Below, piece after piece: positions 32,434-41,651 of a DNA stretch of 64,000 nucleotides. This DNA is from an uncultured Solibacteraceae bacterium (GTDB taxonomy: Bacteria > Acidobacteriota > Terriglobia > Bryobacterales > Bryobacteraceae): assembly GCA_964438005.1 (NCBI GenBank), contig CAYTJD010000067.1:8980-72979 (forward strand), read 5' to 3'. The notes under the pieces are model-generated. The model had not been told where the DNA came from, ran no database searches, and saw nothing but the letters and a program-made list of their open reading frames with translations. Position numbers and translations under genes: made by a program. The stretch's first letter is position 1. Every line of letters starts with the position of its first letter.

Positions 32434-33224
32434 TAATACAGCCCTTTCACGATTCCGCCATCTACAGCAATCGAAACGCCCGTGATGTAGCTCGCGCGCT
32501 CCGATGCCAGAAACACAACGAGATTCGCCAGCTCGTCCGGCTGCCCCAGGCGCCGCAGCGGAATCTGGCCGGTCCAGCGCAACTCAATCTCGTCCCGCGC
32601 CACGCCTTCGCGCTGCGCCAGCGTATCGGCCAACCCCACCAGACGCGCCGTCGCTGTAAAGCCCGGGCACACGTTGTTCACCAGCACGTTGTACGGTCCA
32701 TACTCGTTGGCGAGCGATTTGATCAAGCCGCTCACGCCGCTGCGCACCGCGTTCGACAGAACCAGGCCGTCGAGAGGCTGCTTCACCGAGACGGATGTAA
32801 TCGCCAGGAACCGCCCCCACCGCTGCTGCTGCATCACAGGCAGCACTTCCCGGGCCAGGTACACCGTACTCATCAGGTTCAGGTTCGCGGCCGCCTGCCA
32901 GTCTGCCGGGGTTGTTTCCGCGAACGACTTCGAAGGCGGTCCACCGGCGTTGGCTATGCAGATATCGATGGTGCCGAACCGTTGCACGGTCTCGCCGACA
33001 AATGAGCGCACGGCCGCATGCTCGGTGACATCGAGCGCCCGCGCCAGCACCTCCGCCCCGGTTTCGCGGCGAATCTCATCGGCTGCGGCCGCGAGAGTCG
33101 CTGTCGTTCGCGCACAAAGCGCCAACCGCGCGCCTTCTCGCGCCAACCCCAACGCCACCGCTTTGCCGATCCCCTGGCTCGACGCGGCCACCAACGCCAC
33201 GCGGTTCTTAAGACCGAGATCCAT
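32433..33224 (-). CDS. Short-chain dehydrogenase/reductase (FabG-like)
   Basis: Cofactor motif VAASSQGIGKA, NAGG, and the catalytic S...Y(x)3K region (ITSVS...). Confidence 0.85.
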   Translation of the reverse strand: MDLGLKNRVALVAASSQGIGKAVALGLAREGARLALCARTTATLAAAADEIRRETGAEVLARALDVTEHAAVRSFVGETVQRFGTIDICIANAGGPPSKSFAETTPADWQAAANLNLMSTVYLAREVLPVMQQQRWGRFLAITSVSVKQPLDGLVLSNAVRSGVSGLIKSLANEYGPYNVLVNNVCPGFTATARLVGLADTLAQREGVARDEIELRWTGQIPLRRLGQPDELANLVVFLASERASYITGVSIAVDGGIVKGLY

Positions 33225-33579
33225 CCGTCTCGCCGCGCCGCAGATAGGCGTCGTCCTTCTTCAGCCAGTCATGCCGGATCGGGCTGAAGATGTCCAGATC
33301 CAGCGTGTCTTCCAGGGCTACCGCGCGATGCGGAACATTCGAAGGAATTCGCAGCACCTGCCCCTTTCCCACGACCACCTCCCTGCCCTCCAGCTCAAAT
33401 TTCAGCGCGCCGTCGAGAATGTACGTGATCTGCTCACTCTCGTGAAAGTGCTCGGGCACGACCGCGCCCTTGGCCAGAAACACCTGCGCGACCATCGCCT
33501 TCTCGCCCGCAATGATTTTGCGCCCGATCTGTTCGCTCAATACTTCCATGTCCATCGCGTCCCACGTGTAATGTTCCAT
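33208..33579 (-). CDS. Cupin-domain protein
   Basis: Cupin motifs PEHFHESEQITYILDG and VLRIPSNVPH. Its 3' end overlaps the SDR start by 17 nt. Confidence 0.8.
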   Translation of the reverse strand: MEHYTWDAMDMEVLSEQIGRKIIAGEKAMVAQVFLAKGAVVPEHFHESEQITYILDGALKFELEGREVVVGKGQVLRIPSNVPHRAVALEDTLDLDIFSPIRHDWLKKDDAYLRRGETDGSRS

Positions 33580-33637
33580 CGGTCACATTGTACTTGGACG
33601 CGCCCGGGGATTCCTGCTACAAACAAGTGAGTGCCGC

Positions 33638-33991
33638 TTGATCTTCCACATCCTGAAGAAAGACGAATGGCAGCGAGCCGTCCAACGCGGTTGTTATGAG
33701 CCGGCGAGCCTGAAGACGGAGGGCTTCGTGCACTGCTCGACCCGCGAACAAGCGCCGGACACTGCCCACCGCTACTACTACGGGCAGACGGACCTGGTGC
33801 TGCTGTCGATCGATGCGTCCCGCCTCACCGCCGAACTGCGCCTCGAACCTCCCGCCAATCCTCACGACGAACGCGCGCACGAATTATTCCCGCACGTTTA
33901 TGGCCCGATCAACCTGGACGCGGTGCGGCACGCCGTCGATTTCGCGTGCGACTCCGCCGGCTCGTTCCCCTGGCCTCCCGCGATCAGTTGA
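33638..33991 (+). CDS. DUF952 family protein
   Basis: MIFHILKKDEWQ...GFVHCST..Q...A...Y......LVLL.ID...L....R.E......ELFPHVYGPINLDAV matches the DUF952 pattern as I recall it. Confidence 0.75.
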   Translation: MIFHILKKDEWQRAVQRGCYEPASLKTEGFVHCSTREQAPDTAHRYYYGQTDLVLLSIDASRLTAELRLEPPANPHDERAHELFPHVYGPINLDAVRHAVDFACDSAGSFPWPPAIS

Positions 33992-34982
33992 CCAGCGGCG
34001 CCACCGCAATGGAAGCGAGCCCGGCCAGGAAACAGGCGAACATCAGAATCAGCAGCACGCTGACCTTCACGCCGGCGCCTGCGAATTCCCGCCAAATGAA
34101 AACACCCCAGAGCGCCGAAACCAGGGTAGCGCCCTGGCCGAGGGAGTACGACACCGCGGGCCCGACCAGACCCGGCTTCGCGCCGACCATGAAATTGAAC
34201 ATCGCCCCCACGGACCAAATCACTCCGCCCAGCACTCCCCACACATGCCACTGCGCCGGCACTCGGAAGTACTCCGCTGCGGCAACCGGCTTCCCGCGAA
34301 CCGGGTAGCGCATCAGGTAGCCGATCGCCGGTATCGTGCCGATCACGGAGCCCGCCGAGAACACGAAAAAGCCGGAATACGGGGTCAGGCCGCCTGCCCC
34401 CGCCAGAGACTTCGCAAAGAACGGATAGAAGAGCCCCATCAGCACACCGCAGGCGAGGCTGAGCGCGATTCCCAGCCGCGGTGTGCGCGCCGTCTGAACC
34501 GCCGCCGCGCGATAAGCTGACGCGTCCAGCACAATCGCGGCCGCCACCAGCGCCATTCCGCCGAACAGCAACATCGGATTTCCGGCGGGATTCACCAAAT
34601 AGTTGCCGACGGTTCCGATGATGAGAGCGAGGCCAATGCCAACCGGAAACGCTACAGCCATTCCGGCCACCGCGATGGCCGCCACCAGCAGAATGTTGGC
34701 GATCGTGAAGAGGGCCCCGCTAAACAGCGCCAGCCCCACACTTCCGGCGGCGGCCTGCGAAAGGCTCTCCACAAACGGCAGCCCGTTCACGCGATCCCCG
34801 GTGCTGCCGAGGGTTACGCCAAACGCCACGCTACTGGCCACCATCCCGACGATGTAGTCCCAATAAAACAGTTCGAACCGGAACGACCGCGCCAGTTTCT
34901 GCGTATTGGCCCACGACCCCCAGCAAAACATGCAGGCGATCAACATCAGCAAAGCCGGCAGATAGCTTGCGGGCAGGTACAT
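33984..34982 (-). CDS. DMT-superfamily sugar transporter (GRP/RhaT-like), about 10 TMS
   Basis: 332 aa, hydrophobic throughout. N-terminal LIACMFCWGSWANTQK is typical of GRP-type sugar permeases. Substrate unknown. Confidence 0.6.
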   Translation of the reverse strand: MYLPASYLPALLMLIACMFCWGSWANTQKLARSFRFELFYWDYIVGMVASSVAFGVTLGSTGDRVNGLPFVESLSQAAAGSVGLALFSGALFTIANILLVAAIAVAGMAVAFPVGIGLALIIGTVGNYLVNPAGNPMLLFGGMALVAAAIVLDASAYRAAAVQTARTPRLGIALSLACGVLMGLFYPFFAKSLAGAGGLTPYSGFFVFSAGSVIGTIPAIGYLMRYPVRGKPVAAAEYFRVPAQWHVWGVLGGVIWSVGAMFNFMVGAKPGLVGPAVSYSLGQGATLVSALWGVFIWREFAGAGVKVSVLLILMFACFLAGLASIAVAPLVN

Positions 34983-35227
34983 GGATTTCTCGCGACTCTC
35001 CGTCAGATAAATCCCGAGGATTCAGACAATTCTACCCCGCCGGATCCACAAGAAATGCTGTCGAAAAAGTAACCACAGGCGCTCCGCCTGCGCCTATCAG
35101 TCAACGCCGAAGGGGTACTTGGAAGGTGTACTCTTACGGGCCGTTCGATACTCGGCAAGTGGTAAGGACCAAAGGGGTTATGATAAACTGGCGCAGATAG
35201 CTCCAGTGGCCGGAGGTGGCCTAGCGG

Positions 35228-37642
35228 ATGAGGCTTCTCATTTTCAGTGGAATCGTGCTGGCATCGGTTTGTGCGGTTTTGGGCCAGAACACCCGCACCA
35301 CGCCGGCTTCCGACCCGGGCGCCCAACGGGCCGTCCTCGACAAGTATTGCGTTGTCTGTCACAACGCCAAGCTGAAGACAGCCAACCTGATGCTGGATCA
35401 ACTCGATCTGACGCACCTCGACGCGCACGCCGAGATCGGGGAAAAGGTGGTTCGCAAACTGCGCGCCGGCCTGATGCCGCCCACCGGAATGCCGCGTCCC
35501 GATCGCGCCGTGCTGGATGCGGCAGTCACCGGCATGGAAACTGAGCTCGACCGCGGCGCCGGTACCTATCTACCGGCCCCTGGCATCCACCGCCTTAACC
35601 GCACCGAGTACACCAACGCGGTTCGCGATGTGCTCGGCCTCAAGGTGGACGCGACGAAGTTCCTGCCGGCCGACGACTCCACGCGCGGCTTCGATAACAT
35701 CGCTGGCGCCCTGACCATGTCGCCAGCCTTAATGGAAGCGTATCTGTCGGCCGCCGGCAAGATCAGCCGCCTCGCTCTCGGCGACATCTCCTCGCCGACG
35801 CAAGCCGTCTTCGAAGTTCCCGCCGACACGGCGCAGAATTACCACATCGAAGGCCTGCCCTTCGGAACCCGCGGCGGCATCCTGATCAAATACCAGTTCC
35901 CGGTCGACGGCGAATACACCTTCAAGGTCAAAGGCGTGACCGGCTACTTCCAGGCCGTGCTGGGCGGCGTGAAGGGAGAACAGCTGGAAGTCACCGTCGA
36001 CGGCGAGCGCGTCCGCCTCTTCGATTGGGACAAGGAAATCGCCAACACCACCGGCAACGGCAAATCCACGCAGCGTATCGCCGTCAAGGCCGGTCTACAC
36101 AGGGTCGGCGTGACGTTCCTCGCCACCAATGACGTGCCGGGCAGCGAGTTGAACCGCCCCTTCCAGCGCACCATGAACACGCCGGGCTCGATCCCGGGCT
36201 TCCTGTTTTATCCGCATGTGGGTCAAGTCTGGGTGGAAGGCCCGTACAACCCCGCCGGCGCCCGCGACACAGCCAGCCGGCGCAAAGTTTTCGTCTGCCG
36301 TCCGGAAACGCCAAAAGACGAAGCACCGTGCGCCCGCACCATCGCGGCCAACCTGGTGAAGCACGCATTCCGCCGCCCCAGCACCACGGCGGACGTAACC
36401 GCGCTGATGGATTTCTATCAGTCCGGCCGCGCCGACGGCGGCACCTTCGATGACGGCATCGAAACCGTCGTGCAGCGCGTGCTGGCCGATCCTGAATTCG
36501 TCTATCGCCTCGAGCCGGAACCCGCCGGCCTGCGTCCCGGCAAGACTTACCGGGTGAGCGATCTGGCTTTGGCCTCGCGCCTCTCGTTCTTCTTGTGGAG
36601 CAGCGTTCCCGATGACGAGTTGCTCGATGTCGCCGCGCAAGGCAAGCTCCGCGAACCCGCCGTTCTCGAAAAACAAGTCCGCCGCATGCTGGCCGATCCC
36701 AAATCCGAAGCCCTGATCACTAACTTCACCGGCCAGTGGTTGAGCGTCCGCTCGTTGCAGACCAGCGAGCCAGTCGTCAACCTCTTTCCTGATTTTGACG
36801 ACAACCTGCGGGCCGCGTTCCAGCGCGAGATCGAACTGTTCTTCGACAGCATTGTGCATGAGGACCACAGCGTGCTCGATCTGCTGAACGCCGACTACAC
36901 CTTCGTCAACGAGCGGCTTGCCAAGCACTACGGAATTCCCAATATCTATGGCCCGCAGTTCCGGCGGGTGACGCTGAGCGCCGATCTCGACATGCGCCGC
37001 GGGCTCCTGGGCAAAGGCGCTCTCATGACCCTCACCTCGGCCGCCGCGCGCACCTCGCCCGTCGCCCGCGGCAAGTGGTTTCTGCAAACCTTCGTCGGCA
37101 TTAGCCCGCCGGACCCGCCGCCAAACGTGCCTAAACCCAAAGAGCCGCCAGTGGACCCCACGGGGAATACCAAGACACCGACCATGCGCGAAACTCTGGA
37201 AGCGCACCATACTAATCCGGCCTGCGCGACCTGCCACAAGATCTTTGAGCCGATGGGGCTGGCACTGGAGAACTTCGACGCGGTGGGCGCCTGGCGGACT
37301 CACGACGGCGACAGTCTCATCGACGCCAGCGGGGTTCTCGTCGACGGCACCAAGGTCAAGGACGTCGCGGATCTGAGACAGTGGGTGGTCAGCCGTTCGG
37401 ACCAGTTCATTCGCGTCGTAACCGAAAAGCTGTTAACGTACGGCCTCGGGCGCGGCGTCGAGTATCAAGATATGCCGATGCTGCGGTCGATCGTGCACGA
37501 TGCCGCTCCCGGCAAGTACAAGTTCTCTTCCCTGGTGTTGGGTATAGTCAAGAGTCCCGCCTTCCAGATGAACATGAAAACAGAGGACTCCAACCCGCAG
37601 CAGGCAGCAAGTAAGTCTGCGCCGGAAAGCATCAAAAACTAG
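35228..37642 (+). CDS. Planctomycete-type haem-motif protein of the DUF1587/DUF1592/DUF1595/DUF1588/DUF1585 architecture
   Basis: 804 aa with a signal peptide. Two CXXCH motifs: N-terminal LDKYCVVCHNAKL and C-terminal NPACATCHKIFEPMGLALENFDAVGAWR. The overall layout is typical of DUF1592 proteins, which are always paired with DUF1552. Confidence 0.85.
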   Translation: MRLLIFSGIVLASVCAVLGQNTRTTPASDPGAQRAVLDKYCVVCHNAKLKTANLMLDQLDLTHLDAHAEIGEKVVRKLRAGLMPPTGMPRPDRAVLDAAVTGMETELDRGAGTYLPAPGIHRLNRTEYTNAVRDVLGLKVDATKFLPADDSTRGFDNIAGALTMSPALMEAYLSAAGKISRLALGDISSPTQAVFEVPADTAQNYHIEGLPFGTRGGILIKYQFPVDGEYTFKVKGVTGYFQAVLGGVKGEQLEVTVDGERVRLFDWDKEIANTTGNGKSTQRIAVKAGLHRVGVTFLATNDVPGSELNRPFQRTMNTPGSIPGFLFYPHVGQVWVEGPYNPAGARDTASRRKVFVCRPETPKDEAPCARTIAANLVKHAFRRPSTTADVTALMDFYQSGRADGGTFDDGIETVVQRVLADPEFVYRLEPEPAGLRPGKTYRVSDLALASRLSFFLWSSVPDDELLDVAAQGKLREPAVLEKQVRRMLADPKSEALITNFTGQWLSVRSLQTSEPVVNLFPDFDDNLRAAFQREIELFFDSIVHEDHSVLDLLNADYTFVNERLAKHYGIPNIYGPQFRRVTLSADLDMRRGLLGKGALMTLTSAAARTSPVARGKWFLQTFVGISPPDPPPNVPKPKEPPVDPTGNTKTPTMRETLEAHHTNPACATCHKIFEPMGLALENFDAVGAWRTHDGDSLIDASGVLVDGTKVKDVADLRQWVVSRSDQFIRVVTEKLLTYGLGRGVEYQDMPMLRSIVHDAAPGKYKFSSLVLGIVKSPAFQMNMKTEDSNPQQAASKSAPESIKN

Positions 37643-37648
37643 CGAGGG

Positions 37649-39010
37649 ATGATCACGATGAATTTTCTCAGCAAAAAGCACCTCTCCCGCCGGACGGTTC
37701 TCCGCGGCGCAGGCGCGACTCTTGCCTTGCCGCTGCTCGATGCCATGATCCCCGCCGGGGTCGCCCTGGCGCAGACCGCGGCGAACCCGAAACCCCGTTT
37801 CGTCGGCTGCTTTGTGCCGCACGGCATGGCGCCGGGTTATTGGGTGCCCGAGAAGGAAGGCGCTCTTGAAGCCACGCTTCCCTTTAATTGGAAGCCGCTG
37901 GAACCGTTCCGCGCGCAGACCGTGCTGATGACCGGCCTGCACTCGCGCTCGGCCGAGCCGCCTCCGGGAGCCACCGGCGCGGACCACTGGGTGGCTGCCG
38001 CGTTCATGTGCGCGAACAAGCCACGGAAGACCGCCGGCGCCGACGTCTACGCCGGCACCACCATCGATCAGATGATCGCGCAGAAGATCGGCGGCGAGAA
38101 CCTGATGCCGTCCATGCAGCTGGCCGTGGAAGACCCGGGCGCCAACTCCAGCAACTGCGGCGAAGGGTACAGCTGCACCTACACCAACACTATCTCGTGG
38201 GCTTCGCCCACCGATCCGCTCCCCATGGAGCTGAATCCCCAGGTAGTGTTCGAGCGCATGTTCGGCGATGGCAGCACCCCCGAGTTGCGCGCCAAGCGCC
38301 GGAAGCGCGACGGCAGCATACTGGATTCGCTCACCGGCAGTCTCTCGAAGCTGCGCAATGAATCGAGTTCCTCGGATCGCGCGCGTCTCGATACGTACAC
38401 CGAGAACGTCCGCGAAATTGAGCGCCGCCTCCAGATTGCGATGAAGGCTTCATCGGTAGCACCGCCGGAAATGCAGGTCCCGGTGGGTGTGCCGCAGACC
38501 TTCGACGAGCACATCAAGCTGCAGTTCGATCTGCTGGCTTTGGCCTTCCAGGCCGATATCACGCGCGTCGGCACACTGCTATTCGCGCGGGACCTTACCG
38601 GTCGCACCTATCCGGAATCGGAGGCGCCCACCGCCGGCTTCCACGGCGCGTCGCACCACGGCGAAGATCCGCGCCGCATCGCCGAGCTGTCGAAGATCAA
38701 CCAGTATCACGTCAAGATGCTTGCGCACCTGATCGCGAACCTGGCCAAGACCCAGGATGGAGACGGCACCCTGCTCGATCATTCGCTGGTGCTCTTCGGC
38801 TCCAACATGGGCAATCCCAACCAGCACCTGCACTACGACGTGCCGCACGTCCTGGTTGGCGGTCTGAACGGCAAGCTCAAAGGCGGCCGTCACATCGCTT
38901 ACCCGACGCGGCAGGTGCCCACCGGCAACCTCTTGCTGACGTTGCTTGACATGTACGATATTCACCAGGAGAGCATCGGCGACAGCACCGGCCACCTGGA
39001 GAACCTATGA
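37649..39010 (+). CDS. DUF1552 family protein (Tat-type signal)
   Basis: Starts 6 nt after the previous stop. SRRTVLRGAGATLALPLL twin-arginine-like signal, and conserved FGSNMGNPNQH and LHYDVPHVLVGG-type C-terminal region. Confidence 0.85.
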   Translation: MITMNFLSKKHLSRRTVLRGAGATLALPLLDAMIPAGVALAQTAANPKPRFVGCFVPHGMAPGYWVPEKEGALEATLPFNWKPLEPFRAQTVLMTGLHSRSAEPPPGATGADHWVAAAFMCANKPRKTAGADVYAGTTIDQMIAQKIGGENLMPSMQLAVEDPGANSSNCGEGYSCTYTNTISWASPTDPLPMELNPQVVFERMFGDGSTPELRAKRRKRDGSILDSLTGSLSKLRNESSSSDRARLDTYTENVREIERRLQIAMKASSVAPPEMQVPVGVPQTFDEHIKLQFDLLALAFQADITRVGTLLFARDLTGRTYPESEAPTAGFHGASHHGEDPRRIAELSKINQYHVKMLAHLIANLAKTQDGDGTLLDHSLVLFGSNMGNPNQHLHYDVPHVLVGGLNGKLKGGRHIAYPTRQVPTGNLLLTLLDMYDIHQESIGDSTGHLENL

Positions 39011-40782
39011 AGCGCCTCCTGCTTCTGTTGTTGCCGGCTGCCGCATGCGCCGCCGGGAGCGCGGAAATCGCCGATGCGCTCATGGCGGGCGACACATCCG
39101 CGGCCCGTCAGATGATCGCGCGGCATGCTGATGTCAACGCGGCGCAGCCTGACGGCGCTACTCCGCTGCACTGGGCCGTCTACCGGTCCGATCGGGAAAC
39201 CGTCAACATATTGCTGGCAGCCGGCGCCAACCCGAAGGCCGCCAACCGCGAAGGATCGACGCCGCTGTGGCTGGCGAGCATCAACGGTGACGCCGCCATC
39301 CTGGAAGCGCTGCTCAAAGGCGGAGGCGACGCCAACGAGCATCTCCCGTTGGGCCGCACTCCCCTGATGGCTGCCGCGCGCACCGGAAATGTCGACGCGA
39401 TCAGGGTTTTGATTGACCATGGCGCCGATGTCAACGCGAAAGAGACGCTGCGCGGGACCACGCCCCTGATGTGGGCCGCCGACGAAGGCCACGCCGCCGC
39501 CATTCAGCTCCTGATCCAACGCGGGGCCGATATCAAGGCCCGTTCGGACATGGCCGAGCGCGGCCGGGGGCCTGCCCTTGGGAAATCGAACGATCCGCGC
39601 AAAGCAGTGGCGGCGCAAGGCGCCGCCCTCGCCGCTGGCAAAGCCCTCGACCTGCGTGATCTCAGCAACCTTCGCGGCGACGACAACGGCATTGGTGGAT
39701 CATCGGCCGGATCTCGCGGCGGCGCACGCGGAGGCCGCGGAGGCGCTCGCGCCGCGGCAGCCAACGATTTTGGCTTCGACGTGAACGATGACGCCGCCGT
39801 CGCCGCCTTCGGCTTCCGCAACCGCCCCGCCCCGAAGGATGGCGGCGCCCTGACTCCGCTCGTCTATGCGGTGCGCTCGAATGATCTGGATTCCGTGAAA
39901 GTCCTGCTCGCTGCCGGCGCCGATATTAACCAGACCACCGGTTACGGCTGGAGCCCCTTGCTCGTGGCGACGCAAAACCGCTTCTACCAGCTCGGCAAGT
40001 ATCTCATTGAGCACGGCGCCGACGTGAATCTCGCCAACAAGGGCGCTTGGACGCCGCTCTATCTGGCCACCGATAATCGCAACATCGAAAGCGGCGACTA
40101 TCCGGTGCGCATGCCGGACATGGATCATCTCGATTTCATCAAAGTCCTGCTCGACCACGGCGCCAATGTGAACGCCCGCATGAAAGACAGCACCGAGACG
40201 CGCACGGTTTTCACGAATCAGTGGCTGGATGAAAACGGCGCCACCGCGTTCCTGCGCGCCTCCCAGTCCGGCGACATCGCCCTGATGAAATTGCTGCTGG
40301 CCCACGGCGCCGATCCCAAGATCGATACGGTTCTGCACGTCACGGCGCTGCAGGTGGCCGCCGGCATTGGCTGGGTGGAAGGCATCACCTACGAGTGGTC
40401 GCCCGACGCCACGCTGCAAGCCGTCAAAATGCTGCTCGACCTCGGCCTCGACGTCAATGCCCAAGCCGACACCGGCCGGACCGCACTCCACGGGGCCGCG
40501 CACAAAGGCCGCACGGATGTGATTCAGGCGCTGGTAGATCACGGAGCGAAACTGGATGTGCGCGACTACGGCAACACCGACAATCGCGGCGGCAAGCTGG
40601 CGGTCCACACGTGGGAACCGGTCGATTATGCCGACGGCCTGGTGCGCGTTGGCGTGCAATCCGCGATCCCGCACCCGGAAGCCGGCCTGCTTTTGCGGAA
40701 GCTGATGACCGAGCACGGTCTCCCGGCCCCGCCGGTCGGCCGGACGCTGGAATCGATCTGTATTACGGACGCCTGCGAATAA
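39007..40782 (+). CDS. Exported ankyrin-repeat protein (two ANK blocks split by a Gly/Arg-rich linker)
   Basis: The ATG overlaps the DUF1552 stop (ATGA at 39007-39010). Signal peptide MKRLLLLLLPAAACAAGS. Repeated G.TPL..A...G......LL..GA(D/N) units occur on both sides of the ...GGSSAGSRGGARGGRGGARAAAA... linker. Confidence 0.85.
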   Translation: MKRLLLLLLPAAACAAGSAEIADALMAGDTSAARQMIARHADVNAAQPDGATPLHWAVYRSDRETVNILLAAGANPKAANREGSTPLWLASINGDAAILEALLKGGGDANEHLPLGRTPLMAAARTGNVDAIRVLIDHGADVNAKETLRGTTPLMWAADEGHAAAIQLLIQRGADIKARSDMAERGRGPALGKSNDPRKAVAAQGAALAAGKALDLRDLSNLRGDDNGIGGSSAGSRGGARGGRGGARAAAANDFGFDVNDDAAVAAFGFRNRPAPKDGGALTPLVYAVRSNDLDSVKVLLAAGADINQTTGYGWSPLLVATQNRFYQLGKYLIEHGADVNLANKGAWTPLYLATDNRNIESGDYPVRMPDMDHLDFIKVLLDHGANVNARMKDSTETRTVFTNQWLDENGATAFLRASQSGDIALMKLLLAHGADPKIDTVLHVTALQVAAGIGWVEGITYEWSPDATLQAVKMLLDLGLDVNAQADTGRTALHGAAHKGRTDVIQALVDHGAKLDVRDYGNTDNRGGKLAVHTWEPVDYADGLVRVGVQSAIPHPEAGLLLRKLMTEHGLPAPPVGRTLESICITDACE

Positions 40783-40848
40783 AACGAAATTCGACGCCAG
40801 AACAGCTCACGTTTACGACTCCTGGATCCGGGGGCATACACTGAATTC

Positions 40849-41634
40849 ATGATCGGTTGGCGCGCGCCATTGTTCCTGGTTCTCCTCGACTTTAGTTCGC
40901 TCTTCGGCCAGGCTCCCCCGGCGGCATTCGAAGTCGCATCGATTCGCACGGGCGCTCCCTTCTCGATGGACTTGCTCCGATCCGGCGGCATCGGCATGAA
41001 AATCGAACCGGGGCGCGTTGTGATCCGCAGCTGGTCTTTCTCCGATCTCATCGGCGCCGCCTACCGCGTGCGCACAGACCAGATCGAGGGCCCCGATTGG
41101 ATGAGCACCTTCCGCTTCGATATCCAGGCCACCATGCCGCGTGAATCTACGGCCGAGCAGGTCCCCGAAATGCTCCAGGCATTGCTCGCCGCGCGGTTTC
41201 AGCTCCGCGCCCGCCGCTCGCAAAAGGAAATGACCGTCTACGCTCTCACCGTGAAGAAAGGCGGGCCGCGGGTGCAGGAATCCGCTCCCACTGACACCAC
41301 ATCACCCGGGTGCGTCATCCTCAGCGGCGGCCATCGGCTCTGCCACCGGATGACCATGAGTGCCTTGGCCGACCTGCTCACGCAATTGAGCCGCATGTAT
41401 GCCGCCATGCCGCCTGGAGGCATGAACTGGGGCATTGAAGCGCCGACCGTCGACATGACCGGAATCACGGCCGCCTACGATTTCGCGATGGACTATGGCC
41501 CGGGCCCCGAGGAAGCCGGCGGGGGCTCCGTGATCGACGCCATCGACCGCCTGGGACTCAAGCTCGAAAAGCAAAAGCGGCCCTATGACCTGATCGTAGT
41601 CGAGCACTTGGAAAAAGCGCCGACGGCCAACTGA
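40849..41634 (+). CDS. TIGR03435 family protein (Solibacter paralogous family; domain also found fused to BlaR1-like proteins)
   Basis: FEVASIRTG..., AYRV..DQIEGPDWM...FDIQA, MLQALLAARFQL, DMTGITAAYDF, RLGLKLEKQKRP..LIVVEHLEKAPTAN match the family's hallmark blocks as I recall them. Confidence 0.8.
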   Translation: MIGWRAPLFLVLLDFSSLFGQAPPAAFEVASIRTGAPFSMDLLRSGGIGMKIEPGRVVIRSWSFSDLIGAAYRVRTDQIEGPDWMSTFRFDIQATMPRESTAEQVPEMLQALLAARFQLRARRSQKEMTVYALTVKKGGPRVQESAPTDTTSPGCVILSGGHRLCHRMTMSALADLLTQLSRMYAAMPPGGMNWGIEAPTVDMTGITAAYDFAMDYGPGPEEAGGGSVIDAIDRLGLKLEKQKRPYDLIVVEHLEKAPTAN

Positions 41635-41651
41635 CGGCACCCCTTACGTTT

